64,000 bases of DNA from an uncultured virus (IMG/VR IMGVR_UViG_3300006120_000016) (taxonomy: Duplodnaviria; Heunggongvirae; Uroviricota; Caudoviricetes): IMG/VR virus record IMGVR_UViG_3300006120_000016. The stretch is one strand, 5' to 3'. Under the pieces are notes generated by a model, which was given only the letters and a program-made list of their open reading frames with translations, did no database searches and was not told the origin of the DNA. The translations under genes and the position numbers were made by a program. Positions 1 through 9,633 of the stretch are shown piece by piece. Position 1 is the first letter of the stretch. Every line of letters begins with the position of its first letter.

Positions 1-6
1 CCCGAT

Positions 7-164
7 TTATTCTGGGTCCCATTTAAGGTTCCATATTAGGATCTTTTTGTTTTTCTTTTTTTATTCTGGGTCCCATTTAAGGTTCCATATTAGGATCTTT
101 TTGTTTTTCTTTTTTTATTCTGGGTCCCATTTAAGGTTCCATATTAGGATCTTTTTGTTTTTCT
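7..164. repeat. 54-bp tandem direct repeat, ~3 copies
   Basis: Unit TTATTCTGGGTCCCATTTAAGGTTCCATATTAGGATCTTTTTGTTTTTCTTTTT starts at 7, 61 and 115. All three minus-strand frames contain a stop within the unit. Confidence 0.95.
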
Positions 165-226
165 ATAGGATCCCTATTTTATTATTCGGCTTTACTCTTC
201 TCTTTTCTATATGGTTCCATAGACTC

Positions 227-256
227 AGCACTGTGGTTAGCACTGTGGTTAGCACT
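227..256. repeat. 12-bp tandem repeat AGCACTGTGGTT x2.5
   Basis: Copies at 227-238 and 239-250, partial copy at 251-256. Confidence 0.9.
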
Positions 257-428
257 ATATTCTAATTAGGATCCCTATCATAATATACCACAATCCTATC
301 TGAATTTATTCTAAAGGGTTTTATATTATTTTATGGGTCCCCTACGGCTACGCGATTTTACTGTCTTTTAAGGTTCCATATTAGTAACTTTAAGGTTCCA
401 TATGGATCCCTTTGATCTATTCATGGAT

Positions 429-2822
429 CTATGTTAATAAAGCCAATCCCTGAGAATGTGTAGATCCATTCATTAAGGTTAATACCTGATGTCTATTAGA
501 TGATCCATTAAAAGAAATATGAATCCATGGTAATTTGCTTCCAGTGGACTTATACTCTAGCAATAGTTGATCAAAGCATACATTGGCTTTAATCCATTGT
601 GCTATATTATAAATTCTCTGAACATTTCCCTGAGCACTTTTAAATTGCATATCTGCTGCCTGTCCTAAGTGGTGCTGAGATTTACTCGATCCACCGGGTA
701 CATTAAGTCCATTTGGTCTAAATCCACAAGTAACTACCAAATCTGGATATTGAGTAATAATAGGTTCCAGACAATTCTGTGCTAACAATTGAAGATTGCC
801 TACTATCTGAGTAACGGATAATCCACATTGTGCCATGACAGGATGTTCTGAAGATGGACATGCACTTGATAATCTTGAAAGCATAAAATGATTTGACAGT
901 TTCATATTTTCTGGAGCACTACTTCCAAGATTTCCTATAGTTGGATTTGTGAAGGATGCTTTGGTATTACCCGGAGCACCACTATCTGTTCCACCTACTG
1001 TTGGTGTAGCATTTAATTCGTCTTTGCTTATCATACCATTCTCTAATCCATGCTTAATAGCAGCGGCAGCAGCCTGTGGATCATCATCAGCATCCTCCAA
1101 TAGTTTATCTGGATTGGTGCTATATGCAATTCCTGATCCTTTAGCTTCCGCCGCTGGATTAGCATCATATTTTGTTGCTGCAGTTGGCGTCTGTGATCCT
1201 GTTCCAGTTATTGGAGTCACATTTCCTCCCTGTGGATCTACTCCAGTTAGATTTGTCTGATTATTGAAATTAGCTGTCGATCCCATCTCAATAGATGATC
1301 CGCCAATTGCTGTATATCCGGTTGGTAACAGATTTAGATTACCACCCGCAGCTTCATTAAAATCTCCTGCCGAAGACATATTGATGTCACCAGATGCAAC
1401 CACAGAAAAATCATCCGAATTGACCACAAACGTAGATCCTGTCTTGTTAGATGTAACCGCAGATGATTCCTGATTAATATTAGTGGCCTTATTGTTAAAG
1501 TCGCCCTTGGCCATCATATCAATATTACCAGCAGAATTCATAGAGAAATCACCAGCCTCTGCATCCATACAAATAGATCTGGCCTTTACTCTAAAATCTC
1601 CCTTGGATATCATATTAATACCAGCATCAGCATCTATTACTAAATGTCCACCAACCTTTAATGTGGCATCTCCAAGTATTCTTACCGAACACTTACCCTG
1701 AATGGTAACAATATTATCATGAGCTACAATAGTATAGTTATCGCCTACTACCTTATGAACAAGAGATCCGTCCTGATGCATCTCCTGATATGTACCACTC
1801 TTATGCTGAGTAAGTAATCTTTCGCTTCCCGGAGTATCATCAACCTCTATTAGATGGCCACCCTCTGTATTGTGTGCCTTATTATATGGATATTCAGATT
1901 TTCTTTCCTTCTGTGGCTCACCAGCAATTGGATTAGAAACTCTGGTCTCTGGATTGGCCACAGTCGGTTGATTCGGATTTACTGGATTTTTAGCCAATGG
2001 AATAGGCGTAATAAAAGCATTAGCACCTCCAGTATCTAAACTTAATACAGTATTAATCTTTGGAAATGTTGTGCAAGATACAATGCTGGTATTTGGCATC
2101 TCCATTCCAAGAATTAAATCTGAATATGTCGGGGGAGAAGTATTAGAAGAACCAGAAGATCCTCCTAATAGATCACTGACTGCACTCCCAAGAATACCAG
2201 ATACTTCACTGGCCGCTCCAGATAAAAAGCTGGAAATTGCTGCTAATGGATCACTACTACTTCCAAATGCCACATCAACCACCTGATTGGTTGCATTTAA
2301 TTGGTTGAAGTAATTCTGAAAAACTAAAGTGTCAGAGATAAAATTAATGGTGACATCAGCAATCACTTCGGCCAGAGATATTAAATCGTCCGAACTAATA
2401 TCACCATTAGCAATTAATAATGCAGTGTTTGGTGAGGATATGAAATCTGAAAGACCAGTTAGTAAATTTAGCTTGGCCGCAGGAAAATCTACATTCGTTC
2501 CAGATACATCTGTTTCATATACAATAAATCCAGATGTCGGATGAGAAACTATTGCACTAAATCCACCGCTATCTGCACCATATATTAAAGTAATCGATCT
2601 AAAGGTCTTTACCACATTTTTTGGAGATTGAATAGTTGAACTAGTCAAAGGAACAATGTTGCTGTTTCCAACTAAAGGCTCTGTAGATGTGGAATATGGA
2701 AGAGTATTTGCGGGCGGTGTAGCAATACCTACACCTGTAGTTGTTGGATCATTTCCATTATAGGTCGAAGTTGCAATGGTTCCACTATATGCTTTACTAA
2801 AAATATCCTGATCATCAGACAT
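429..2822 (-). CDS. gp5: gp5 C-terminal part (beta-helix spike) fused to a C-terminal peptidase M15-type domain
   Basis: YPYNKAHNTEGGHLIEVDDTPGSERL...HKSGTYQE...GDNY is typical of the T4-like gp5 C-terminal region, followed by beta-helix repeats. The C-terminus has CGFR...SQHHLGQAAD...WIHIS (M15 Zn motif). Confidence 0.8.
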   Translation of the reverse strand: MSDDQDIFSKAYSGTIATSTYNGNDPTTTGVGIATPPANTLPYSTSTEPLVGNSNIVPLTSSTIQSPKNVVKTFRSITLIYGADSGGFSAIVSHPTSGFIVYETDVSGTNVDFPAAKLNLLTGLSDFISSPNTALLIANGDISSDDLISLAEVIADVTINFISDTLVFQNYFNQLNATNQVVDVAFGSSSDPLAAISSFLSGAASEVSGILGSAVSDLLGGSSGSSNTSPPTYSDLILGMEMPNTSIVSCTTFPKINTVLSLDTGGANAFITPIPLAKNPVNPNQPTVANPETRVSNPIAGEPQKERKSEYPYNKAHNTEGGHLIEVDDTPGSERLLTQHKSGTYQEMHQDGSLVHKVVGDNYTIVAHDNIVTIQGKCSVRILGDATLKVGGHLVIDADAGINMISKGDFRVKARSICMDAEAGDFSMNSAGNIDMMAKGDFNNKATNINQESSAVTSNKTGSTFVVNSDDFSVVASGDINMSSAGDFNEAAGGNLNLLPTGYTAIGGSSIEMGSTANFNNQTNLTGVDPQGGNVTPITGTGSQTPTAATKYDANPAAEAKGSGIAYSTNPDKLLEDADDDPQAAAAAIKHGLENGMISKDELNATPTVGGTDSGAPGNTKASFTNPTIGNLGSSAPENMKLSNHFMLSRLSSACPSSEHPVMAQCGLSVTQIVGNLQLLAQNCLEPIITQYPDLVVTCGFRPNGLNVPGGSSKSQHHLGQAADMQFKSAQGNVQRIYNIAQWIKANVCFDQLLLEYKSTGSKLPWIHISFNGSSNRHQVLTLMNGSTHSQGLALLT

Positions 2823-2832
2823 AATATATCCT

Positions 2833-3873
2833 TTATTTCGGTGGTGCTTTTGTGCCAGTTTGTGGTTTCTGTTGTGCTACAATTGGACCACCAGTACCAT
2901 TGCTACCGCTCTGGAGACCGTTTAATATCTGTTTTGCATAAGATACTCTAGCATCCAAATGATCTCTACCACCACTCTTGGCGGGTCTCTCTGCTACTGC
3001 CATCCAATATGCAGTAGCGCCCTCAACTGTAGCACAATCATATGTCCCGTTCCAGCAATATGGATTGCCATGATATTTCTGATTAACAGTAATCTTATTT
3101 CCAGAAGTTAGATTTTTCATATAAGATTGCATCTGTCTATCTTGTGCTAACCATTGAGCAAGAAATCCAGATTGCGCTTGATATGATGATGGATCTAGTT
3201 TATATTGATCACAATAATTTAGAAACAAAGTATAATTACCTTTGTTTGGTGCGGTGTCTGTCCATTGTGCCCAACCATACCCCTTACGAGAAGTTCCTCT
3301 TGGCCAAGGGGTAGTATCATTTGAACTTCCCTCTCTAATGGCTCTAAGGCCGGATTCATGAGCTAAATTGCCTGTAATAGCAGCAGCCATATGTGGTTTC
3401 ATTGAAGAACCAAATCTTGATAGAAGTATCTTAGATGCGGCAGTTCCTTTCTGCACAACAGATCCAGATACTGGAATATTTGCAGGAGGAGGTACACTTG
3501 TCATATCTGGCTGACCAGTAGCCCCATCACCACCAGCACCAAAGTGGCCAGTTCCTCCAGACATGGTTCCAAAGAACATGGGAATCTGTCTATCAATCCC
3601 ATCAGCAAAAAATCCAACCACAATAGATCCGGGAAGAACTCCAACCGGAGCATGTCCAACTCCGCTGGTCATAGCAGAGTTGATTGGCATAATAGGAAAG
3701 GCCCATGGGAGATCTTGTGTGGCAACCAAATTGGTATCATCTGGATGTAATCCAAATATTCTTACCTGAACTCTTCCTAGCTGAAGAGGATCATCTCTGC
3801 TCTCTACTTTACCAAAAAAGAAGAAAGATTTATCTAGTCCAAAGAAATGTGGATTTGACTCAGTCATTATCAT
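2833..3873 (-). CDS. gp5: gp5 N-terminal OB-fold plus tail-lysozyme-like domain
   Basis: FFGKVESRDDPLQLGRVQVRIFGLH...LPWA...VVGFFADG is the gp5 OB-fold. AAAITGNLAHESG...GYGWAQWT...ERP resembles the phage tail lysozyme (Phage_lysozyme2) family. Confidence 0.85.
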   Translation of the reverse strand: MIMTESNPHFFGLDKSFFFFGKVESRDDPLQLGRVQVRIFGLHPDDTNLVATQDLPWAFPIMPINSAMTSGVGHAPVGVLPGSIVVGFFADGIDRQIPMFFGTMSGGTGHFGAGGDGATGQPDMTSVPPPANIPVSGSVVQKGTAASKILLSRFGSSMKPHMAAAITGNLAHESGLRAIREGSSNDTTPWPRGTSRKGYGWAQWTDTAPNKGNYTLFLNYCDQYKLDPSSYQAQSGFLAQWLAQDRQMQSYMKNLTSGNKITVNQKYHGNPYCWNGTYDCATVEGATAYWMAVAERPAKSGGRDHLDARVSYAKQILNGLQSGSNGTGGPIVAQQKPQTGTKAPPK

Positions 3874-3874
3874 A

Positions 3875-5449
3875 TTATATTCCTATGATCTTCTTTAAGA
3901 ACGATGCTATACCAGATGTATTCTGACCAGATGATGGATTGCCATCATCAGTTAAGCTTCTATTCGGTGTACTTAGATCAGATTTATATTGCTGAATTAG
4001 AGAATTATTATTTACTGGCTTCTCTGGTGTGTTTTTAGCCACATCTGTTGCTTGATTTTGTGCGCCAAATGCATTTTTATATACATCCATCTTAGCAGTA
4101 TATGTTGTCTGTGTCAGTTGATGATTAATTGTACAAACCAAATAATATCCAGTTAATATTTCATCATTAGGAGAAACCTTCTGCGTATTGCCTTCACCAG
4201 CAGGAACATTTAATGATATTACATCACCAGCATTAATCATTGGATTGCCATATACACTGAGAGTATACATATTTTGAGCCAATCTAGTGAAGTATGATGC
4301 TCTAGATGGGTAAATTAAATCTAAATAATTGTCTTGTGATGTCTGAGAAAGATCCTTTGGAATAAGGAACATTCTATTATAACGTTGGTCTTTGTCATCT
4401 GTATCTGTAAGAATTTTAATAAAGTCTGGGGTGTTCTCATTAAAGGAGTGTCCAGAGAGATTTCCTAAAGTGACAGAATTTGCAGCGTTATTAGCAAATC
4501 TCCATCTGGTTGGAATCGTTTTCTGATTAATAAAGTCATATACAATTACATCAGATTCAAACATTCCTCGTTTGAGTTTCTCTACAGTATCAAAATAACT
4601 CTTATGGCTCATTGCCATTACAGTCTGAACTTCTCTCAAAGCAGTATTTTTAGATGGATCTACTGCATGAGGACTTTCAAAGTAATATTGAAAATCTGAA
4701 CCAACAGAAAATCCTGCATCAGATGAAGTCTTTCCCCCACCAAGTTTATTTAATCCAGCAGTAATTAAAAATTCAATATCACAGAAGTTAAATCCTTTGA
4801 AGTTTTCAAAGAACAAATATGTGGCAGAATTAAATGTCTGATCTGCAATGGACCTTCTGGCTAAAAATTGTGCCGCTTGTAGTGGAGAAAGTCTAGGAAT
4901 TACTACTTTTTGTAGACCTTTAGTTGTCTGTAGTTTATTTAGATTTTTAACCCTCTTGCCCTTAAATGGAGTTCCGGGTTTGTTGATGAACAAATAATCA
5001 TTTAGTAATGACGTAACATTATCGCTATGCGCCTGACTATATGCCTTCATAACAACCGTAGACGCATCAATTAGATGCTCTTCGCTGGCAAAACTCAAAG
5101 TATATTCTTTGACTGTATTATTTGGTTTGCTATCAATATTTGATATAGCATATACAGCAAATCTAAGACTAATTGGATCTCCCCTAAGATCAACTTGATA
5201 ATCAATTTCAATAAATTCTTGACCACATACCAAAAACCCGTTTTCGCCGGGACTATTAGGCATTCCACCAATCATATTGACTGCATCTTTTATTTCCACA
5301 GAACCATAAAGAGTATTTTTAAAAATATCTTCAGTTATGCTAATAGCAATAACCATACTCGAAATATCTATTTTTTTGCTTCCATCGAAATTAGTCAAAA
5401 CCACACTCATTTTTTTGAGTAGACCAACTTGTGTTTGTGATTCAGCCAT
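3875..5449 (-). CDS. baseplate hub protein (gp27-like)
   Basis: I.EDIF...LYGSVEIKD, YLFFEN..GFNF, GNPMINAGDVI and TGYYLV..INH hub motifs. Lies between gp53 and gp5. Confidence 0.65.
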   Translation of the reverse strand: MAESQTQVGLLKKMSVVLTNFDGSKKIDISSMVIAISITEDIFKNTLYGSVEIKDAVNMIGGMPNSPGENGFLVCGQEFIEIDYQVDLRGDPISLRFAVYAISNIDSKPNNTVKEYTLSFASEEHLIDASTVVMKAYSQAHSDNVTSLLNDYLFINKPGTPFKGKRVKNLNKLQTTKGLQKVVIPRLSPLQAAQFLARRSIADQTFNSATYLFFENFKGFNFCDIEFLITAGLNKLGGGKTSSDAGFSVGSDFQYYFESPHAVDPSKNTALREVQTVMAMSHKSYFDTVEKLKRGMFESDVIVYDFINQKTIPTRWRFANNAANSVTLGNLSGHSFNENTPDFIKILTDTDDKDQRYNRMFLIPKDLSQTSQDNYLDLIYPSRASYFTRLAQNMYTLSVYGNPMINAGDVISLNVPAGEGNTQKVSPNDEILTGYYLVCTINHQLTQTTYTAKMDVYKNAFGAQNQATDVAKNTPEKPVNNNSLIQQYKSDLSTPNRSLTDDGNPSSGQNTSGIASFLKKIIGI

Positions 5450-6035
5450 TCATTAAACTCTTTAGTTGAGATAATATATCATGTTTTAGGGTGCTGTCTA
5501 TAAGAACTATGTTTTTCTTTGCGTCATTTAATTCTGTTTCATAATCATATGCATATACAGGGAAATAATCAATTTCATCATCAATTGCAGCATATGATTC
5601 TGGTGTAATACGAATATCAGTATTACTCAACACCAAACTATATCCGGGACCTTGGACCTTTGATACATCTGTATTATCATATGAGACATATGAAGTTGTT
5701 GGATTTTTTCTATAAAAAACAATTTCAGATTGTGCCTGTTCAACCGAACCATACTTTAATGTTATAAAATTATCAAACTGATTTAAAGTTTTTGGCCATT
5801 GAGTATATGGATCAATAATATTATTTGAAAAATATACCAACCAATCAAATGCGGAATCACCATAATACCAATATGCGATTGCATCTGCTCTTTCACCGTC
5901 TTTGACTGTATATGGATAGAATATACTAGAATTTTGTTGCAGTTTTTGATAAAATGCAACCCTAAGAGTAATATTAGGAATATTCAATCCAAAATAATTG
6001 GTACTTGGAAAGTTAGAGAAATAACTTATAGCCAT
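5442..6035 (-). CDS. gp53: baseplate wedge subunit gp53 (LysM-like)
   Basis: YFSNFP...YTVKDGERADAIAYWYYGD...WLV..SNNIIDPYTQWP...YETELNDAKKNI. Confidence 0.9.
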   Translation of the reverse strand: MAISYFSNFPSTNYFGLNIPNITLRVAFYQKLQQNSSIFYPYTVKDGERADAIAYWYYGDSAFDWLVYFSNNIIDPYTQWPKTLNQFDNFITLKYGSVEQAQSEIVFYRKNPTTSYVSYDNTDVSKVQGPGYSLVLSNTDIRITPESYAAIDDEIDYFPVYAYDYETELNDAKKNIVLIDSTLKHDILSQLKSLMNG

Positions 6036-6868
6036 CAGAAGTTTGCTCCTGTAGATATATCTTCACTGGTAACAATGCCTCTTTCTCTAAACTTTATTTT
6101 AAGTTCAATCTCTACTGGATTATTAGTTCCTTGAAAAAACGCAGCATGGCTTCCACCCTGATAATTAACTTGGATATCTGTGATAAACATACCCTGTTTG
6201 TTGAATGTAAGGACAGAATCGTTTGTTGGTCCTTTTAGAAAGCAAAATGCAACCTTAGGATATGTTAAAGCATAATTACCACTAACTTCTCTAGATGGTA
6301 ATGCCCCGGACTTTAGTTTTCTTATAATCGACATTAATTGATTAGATTCTCCAGCATTTTCTGGAATAAACTTCCATGAAAATTCATGCTCTCTTAAAGG
6401 AACTCCTTGAAACAATAAGGCAAGGTTTGGATTATCTACTCTACCACTAGCAAGACTGGCAGCAGCCCTTGATTGTTGTGGATTAGCCCCCGCCTTATCG
6501 CCAAGCGAAGCAGCACCTGCGCTAAACATATCTCTTAGATCTTTTATTAGGGTGCCAGAAATTGCGGTGCCAACCATACCAGCCAAACCACCTGTAGCAT
6601 AACTAGACACCACAGCACCCACTGCACCGAGTTCAGTATCTTTATATTTGATAGAAAAATTATCTTCCAGTCCTTTAATGGGCATAGGAAAGTGAAAATA
6701 ATCTCCTCCACCATACATGTTGGCAGTCATGGATACTGCTGGAATATAATCCATTAAAGCAATAGAAAAGAAGTTAGGAGAATTGCCAATGTCCTTTGGA
6801 AAGGAAGTGGATTTTCCTGTTCCCCCTACTCTAAGATTGCGGATTATTTCTGGTTGACCTGTAGGCAT
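6035..6868 (-). CDS. gp48: baseplate tail-tube cap gp48-like
   Basis: NPNLALLFQGVPLREHEFSWKFIP.NAGES...P.EIELKIKFRE, plus synteny. Confidence 0.75.
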   Translation of the reverse strand: MPTGQPEIIRNLRVGGTGKSTSFPKDIGNSPNFFSIALMDYIPAVSMTANMYGGGDYFHFPMPIKGLEDNFSIKYKDTELGAVGAVVSSYATGGLAGMVGTAISGTLIKDLRDMFSAGAASLGDKAGANPQQSRAAASLASGRVDNPNLALLFQGVPLREHEFSWKFIPENAGESNQLMSIIRKLKSGALPSREVSGNYALTYPKVAFCFLKGPTNDSVLTFNKQGMFITDIQVNYQGGSHAAFFQGTNNPVEIELKIKFRERGIVTSEDISTGANF

Positions 6869-6883
6869 TTCCCACCCTATTTC

Positions 6884-6909
6884 TATAAATAGTTATTCTT
6901 CTATTTATA
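6884..6909. promoter_or_regulatory. divergent pair of T4-type late promoters (TATAAATA)
   Basis: TATAAATA on + at 6884-6891 and on - at 6902-6909, between the divergent gp48 and gp4 genes. Confidence 0.8.
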
Positions 6910-6920
6910 ACGGATTTATT

Positions 6921-7355
6921 ATGAGCAAGTATCATCAAGGAATATTCACTCCAAAAAACCCAGAGAAATACATAGGGAATGTTAATAAAATTTTTTATAG
7001 ATCTAGCTGGGAAAGATCCGTGTTTTATAGAATGGACCAAGATCCCGGAATAATTAAGTGGGCCTCAGAGGAATTCGGTGTGCCATATCTAAGTCCAGTA
7101 GATTATCGTACACATATTTACTATCCTGATCTGTATTTAGAAAATATACACGGAGAAAAATTTGTACTTGAAATAAAACCGGATATACAAACCAGACCGC
7201 CAGCTAAAAGATCTAGGAATACCAAAAGATATATCACTGAAGTAAAAACTTTTGCGATAAATACATCTAAGTGGAATGCTGCTGAAAAATTCTGTAAAGA
7301 AAGAGGGTGGCAGTTTAAAGTTGTTACCGAGAAAGAGCTTGGAATTAAATGGTAG
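6921..7355 (+). CDS. gp4: head completion protein gp4 (TnsA-like nuclease fold)
   Basis: F.PKNPEKYIG...YRSSWE...WASEE...YYPD...EIKP..QT.PP...N.SKW.AA. Confidence 0.92.
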   Translation: MSKYHQGIFTPKNPEKYIGNVNKIFYRSSWERSVFYRMDQDPGIIKWASEEFGVPYLSPVDYRTHIYYPDLYLENIHGEKFVLEIKPDIQTRPPAKRSRNTKRYITEVKTFAINTSKWNAAEKFCKERGWQFKVVTEKELGIKW

Positions 7356-8125
7356 ATACGAGAAAACTATACGACCTTACTGCTCAGGAAAAGGAACATC
7401 TTCGTAAACTTGGGTTTATTGAGCAAGGTATCGGCTATGCCAAGCCTAATGGAAGTCCTGCTAAAAAAGAAGACATCTTTAAAGCATTAAAGACTCCAAT
7501 TACTGCCGGTTCTACAACTACTCAGAATTATATATTCTCAAAGATACTAACTCGTGCTGCTGAACAGAGAATTATTCCTAACAAAACTGCAGAAGCCAGA
7601 AAATGGTTTCGAGATAAGGCACAGAACTATCGTGGCAATAGAATACAAAGGGATAACTTATTCCAAAATTCCATAACCACGAATAATGCAAGTCCAGCCA
7701 ATCCCGGAAGAATGTTTATGTTTTCTTATGATGCAAAAACAAAAGAAAAACTACCATATTGGGACGCATTTCCACTTATCTTTATGGTAGGCCCTGCAGC
7801 AGGAGGGTTTTATGGTATCAATCTCCACTATTTACCTCCTGTATTAAGAGCAAAGTTGATGGATGCATTATACACCATCACAAATAACCAAAGATATGAC
7901 GATACAACTAAAATTAAACTATCATATCAAGTATTAAAGAGCACCTCTAATTTGGGTTTATTTAAACCATGCTTTAAACACTATCTTTCAAGCCATGTTA
8001 AAAGCAAGTTTATCTTGGTTCCAGCATCTGAATGGGACATAGCACTAATGCTTCCACTGCAAAAATGGGTTGGTGCGACATCGGAAAAGGTTTGGGAAGA
8101 TTCAAAAAAGATGGTTGGGGGATAA
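7349..8125 (+). CDS. gp2: DNA end protector protein gp2
   Basis: PGRMFMFSYDAKTKEKLPYWDAFPLIF...GINLHYLPP..RAKL...KPCFKHYL. Confidence 0.9.
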   Translation: MVDTRKLYDLTAQEKEHLRKLGFIEQGIGYAKPNGSPAKKEDIFKALKTPITAGSTTTQNYIFSKILTRAAEQRIIPNKTAEARKWFRDKAQNYRGNRIQRDNLFQNSITTNNASPANPGRMFMFSYDAKTKEKLPYWDAFPLIFMVGPAAGGFYGINLHYLPPVLRAKLMDALYTITNNQRYDDTTKIKLSYQVLKSTSNLGLFKPCFKHYLSSHVKSKFILVPASEWDIALMLPLQKWVGATSEKVWEDSKKMVGG

Positions 8126-8128
8126 TTC

Positions 8129-8749
8129 ATGCCTTTTAATATACACGAGTTCCTATCTGCTATTCCTAATGAGTTGGCTCGTGAAGCACATTTCCAAATG
8201 TCTTTCACACTACCGAGCACAATTAAAGATGATGTTAAACAATTATCAATCTTATGCACTGCAGCATCTTTACCAACTAGGCAAGCAGAAGTTGCATCTG
8301 TAAGAAGATATGGTCAAGGTATCACTAATCCATATGTTATGGGAATGAATTTTAGTCCTCTAGATGTTACTTTTTATTGTGATGCCAAAGGCACAACAAT
8401 TTCTGCAATTCAAAGTTGGATGGATAGTATGCTTAATCTAAAAGATTCCGGAAATCTTATGATGGTGCAATATAAAGATTCATATAAATCAGATATTTCT
8501 TTATCACACTTTGATTCGCTCGGCAATACTATAAGTCAATATACCTTTATAGATGCATTTCCAGTATCATTTGGTCCTGTAAACTTTAGCTGGGCGTCTC
8601 ATGATAGCTTGGTTCTCATTCCGGCATCATTTATATACACCAACTACACATCCACAACAGGATCTGGACAGACTATATCCAATCTTTCTACTTCAAATCA
8701 ACCAGCAAAGGTAACAAACATACCAGTTACCGGAAATGTCCCAAAATAA
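8129..8749 (+). CDS. gp54: baseplate tail-tube initiator gp54-like (tube fold)
   Basis: LCTAASLP...VTFYCD...W.D...DAFPVSFGPVNFSW tube-family motifs, plus synteny. Confidence 0.7.
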   Translation: MPFNIHEFLSAIPNELAREAHFQMSFTLPSTIKDDVKQLSILCTAASLPTRQAEVASVRRYGQGITNPYVMGMNFSPLDVTFYCDAKGTTISAIQSWMDSMLNLKDSGNLMMVQYKDSYKSDISLSHFDSLGNTISQYTFIDAFPVSFGPVNFSWASHDSLVLIPASFIYTNYTSTTGSGQTISNLSTSNQPAKVTNIPVTGNVPK

Positions 8750-8764
8750 TGAGAGGAATATAAA

Positions 8765-9457
8765 ATGAAGTTGCCTACGATTGATCATCCTACTTTTGAG
8801 ATTAAATTGATATCTATTAATTCTCCAGTAAAATATAGACCTTTTACTGTACGAGAAGAAAAGATAATGTTGATTGCCGAAGAAAGTAAAGATTCAAAAG
8901 ATATCATGAATGCAATAAAGCAAGTTATTAACAACTGTTGTATTTCTGATATTGATGTGGATAAACTGCCATTATTCGATATCGAGCATATGATAATTCA
9001 ACTTAGATCAAAATCTGTATCTAATATTTCAACACTTCGATATCGTGATAAAGAAGATGGCCAAGTAAGATCCTTTGATATTGATTTGGATACCATTAAG
9101 CCAGTAATATCAAATAATCATAGCACTACAGTTAAAATTGATGAAAAGACAGTTCTGACTTTTAAATATCCAACTATGGAAATGCTCGGTAAAATTAAAT
9201 CCACTGAAGATGATGAAATTGAACTTGTTGCGGCATGTTTAGATTCGATTGTCTCTGGAGAAGATTTTTACGATACTTCCCTTTATACTATTGAAGAAAA
9301 AGTAGAATGGCTTGGAAACCTTGGTGGCAAATCATTCAATAAAATTAAAGAAACTTTTATTGATACTATGCCAAAAATACAACATGAACTAGAATATATC
9401 AACAATACTGGAAAAGAAGTGAAGATCGTTCTGGAGGGCTATCGCGATTTTTTTTAA
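8765..9457 (+). CDS. gp26: baseplate hub subunit gp26
   Basis: MKLPTI..P...VKYRPFTVREEKIMLIA.E...FDIEH...LRSKSV...LEGYRDFF. Confidence 0.88.
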   Translation: MKLPTIDHPTFEIKLISINSPVKYRPFTVREEKIMLIAEESKDSKDIMNAIKQVINNCCISDIDVDKLPLFDIEHMIIQLRSKSVSNISTLRYRDKEDGQVRSFDIDLDTIKPVISNNHSTTVKIDEKTVLTFKYPTMEMLGKIKSTEDDEIELVAACLDSIVSGEDFYDTSLYTIEEKVEWLGNLGGKSFNKIKETFIDTMPKIQHELEYINNTGKEVKIVLEGYRDFF

Positions 9458-9633
9458 TGGTGCTGAGTCATAATACTTTATTGAACTATTATTATTTAAT
9501 GTTTAATTTGGCCCAGCATCATAATTATTCTATAACAGAGATTGAATCTCTAATGCCCTTCGAACGTGATATTTATGTTGGTTTGTTACAAAAACATATT
9601 GCAGATAAAATTGCTAAGATGGAGAGCAGGTAG
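9457..9633 (+). CDS. gp51: baseplate hub assembly protein gp51-like (58 aa; not in the ORF track)
   Basis: Hand translation MVLSHNTLLNYYYLMFNLAQHHNYSITEIESLMPFERDIYVGLLQKHIADKIAKMESR. Its start overlaps the gp26 stop (TAATG). Confidence 0.85.
   Translation: MVLSHNTLLNYYYLMFNLAQHHNYSITEIESLMPFERDIYVGLLQKHIADKIAKMESR

Noticed and set aside
7..164. CRISPR array
   Set aside because: The repeats are contiguous identical units with no unique spacers, and no cas genes are in the window.
47..265. 72-aa plus-strand ORF
   Set aside because: It is a Phe-rich translation of the tandem repeat with no RBS; probably spurious.
949..2544. Plus-strand ORFs antisense to gp5, and similar shadow ORFs opposite fibre and wedge genes
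   Set aside because: They are antisense shadows of biased-codon genes, with no RBS or recognisable motifs.
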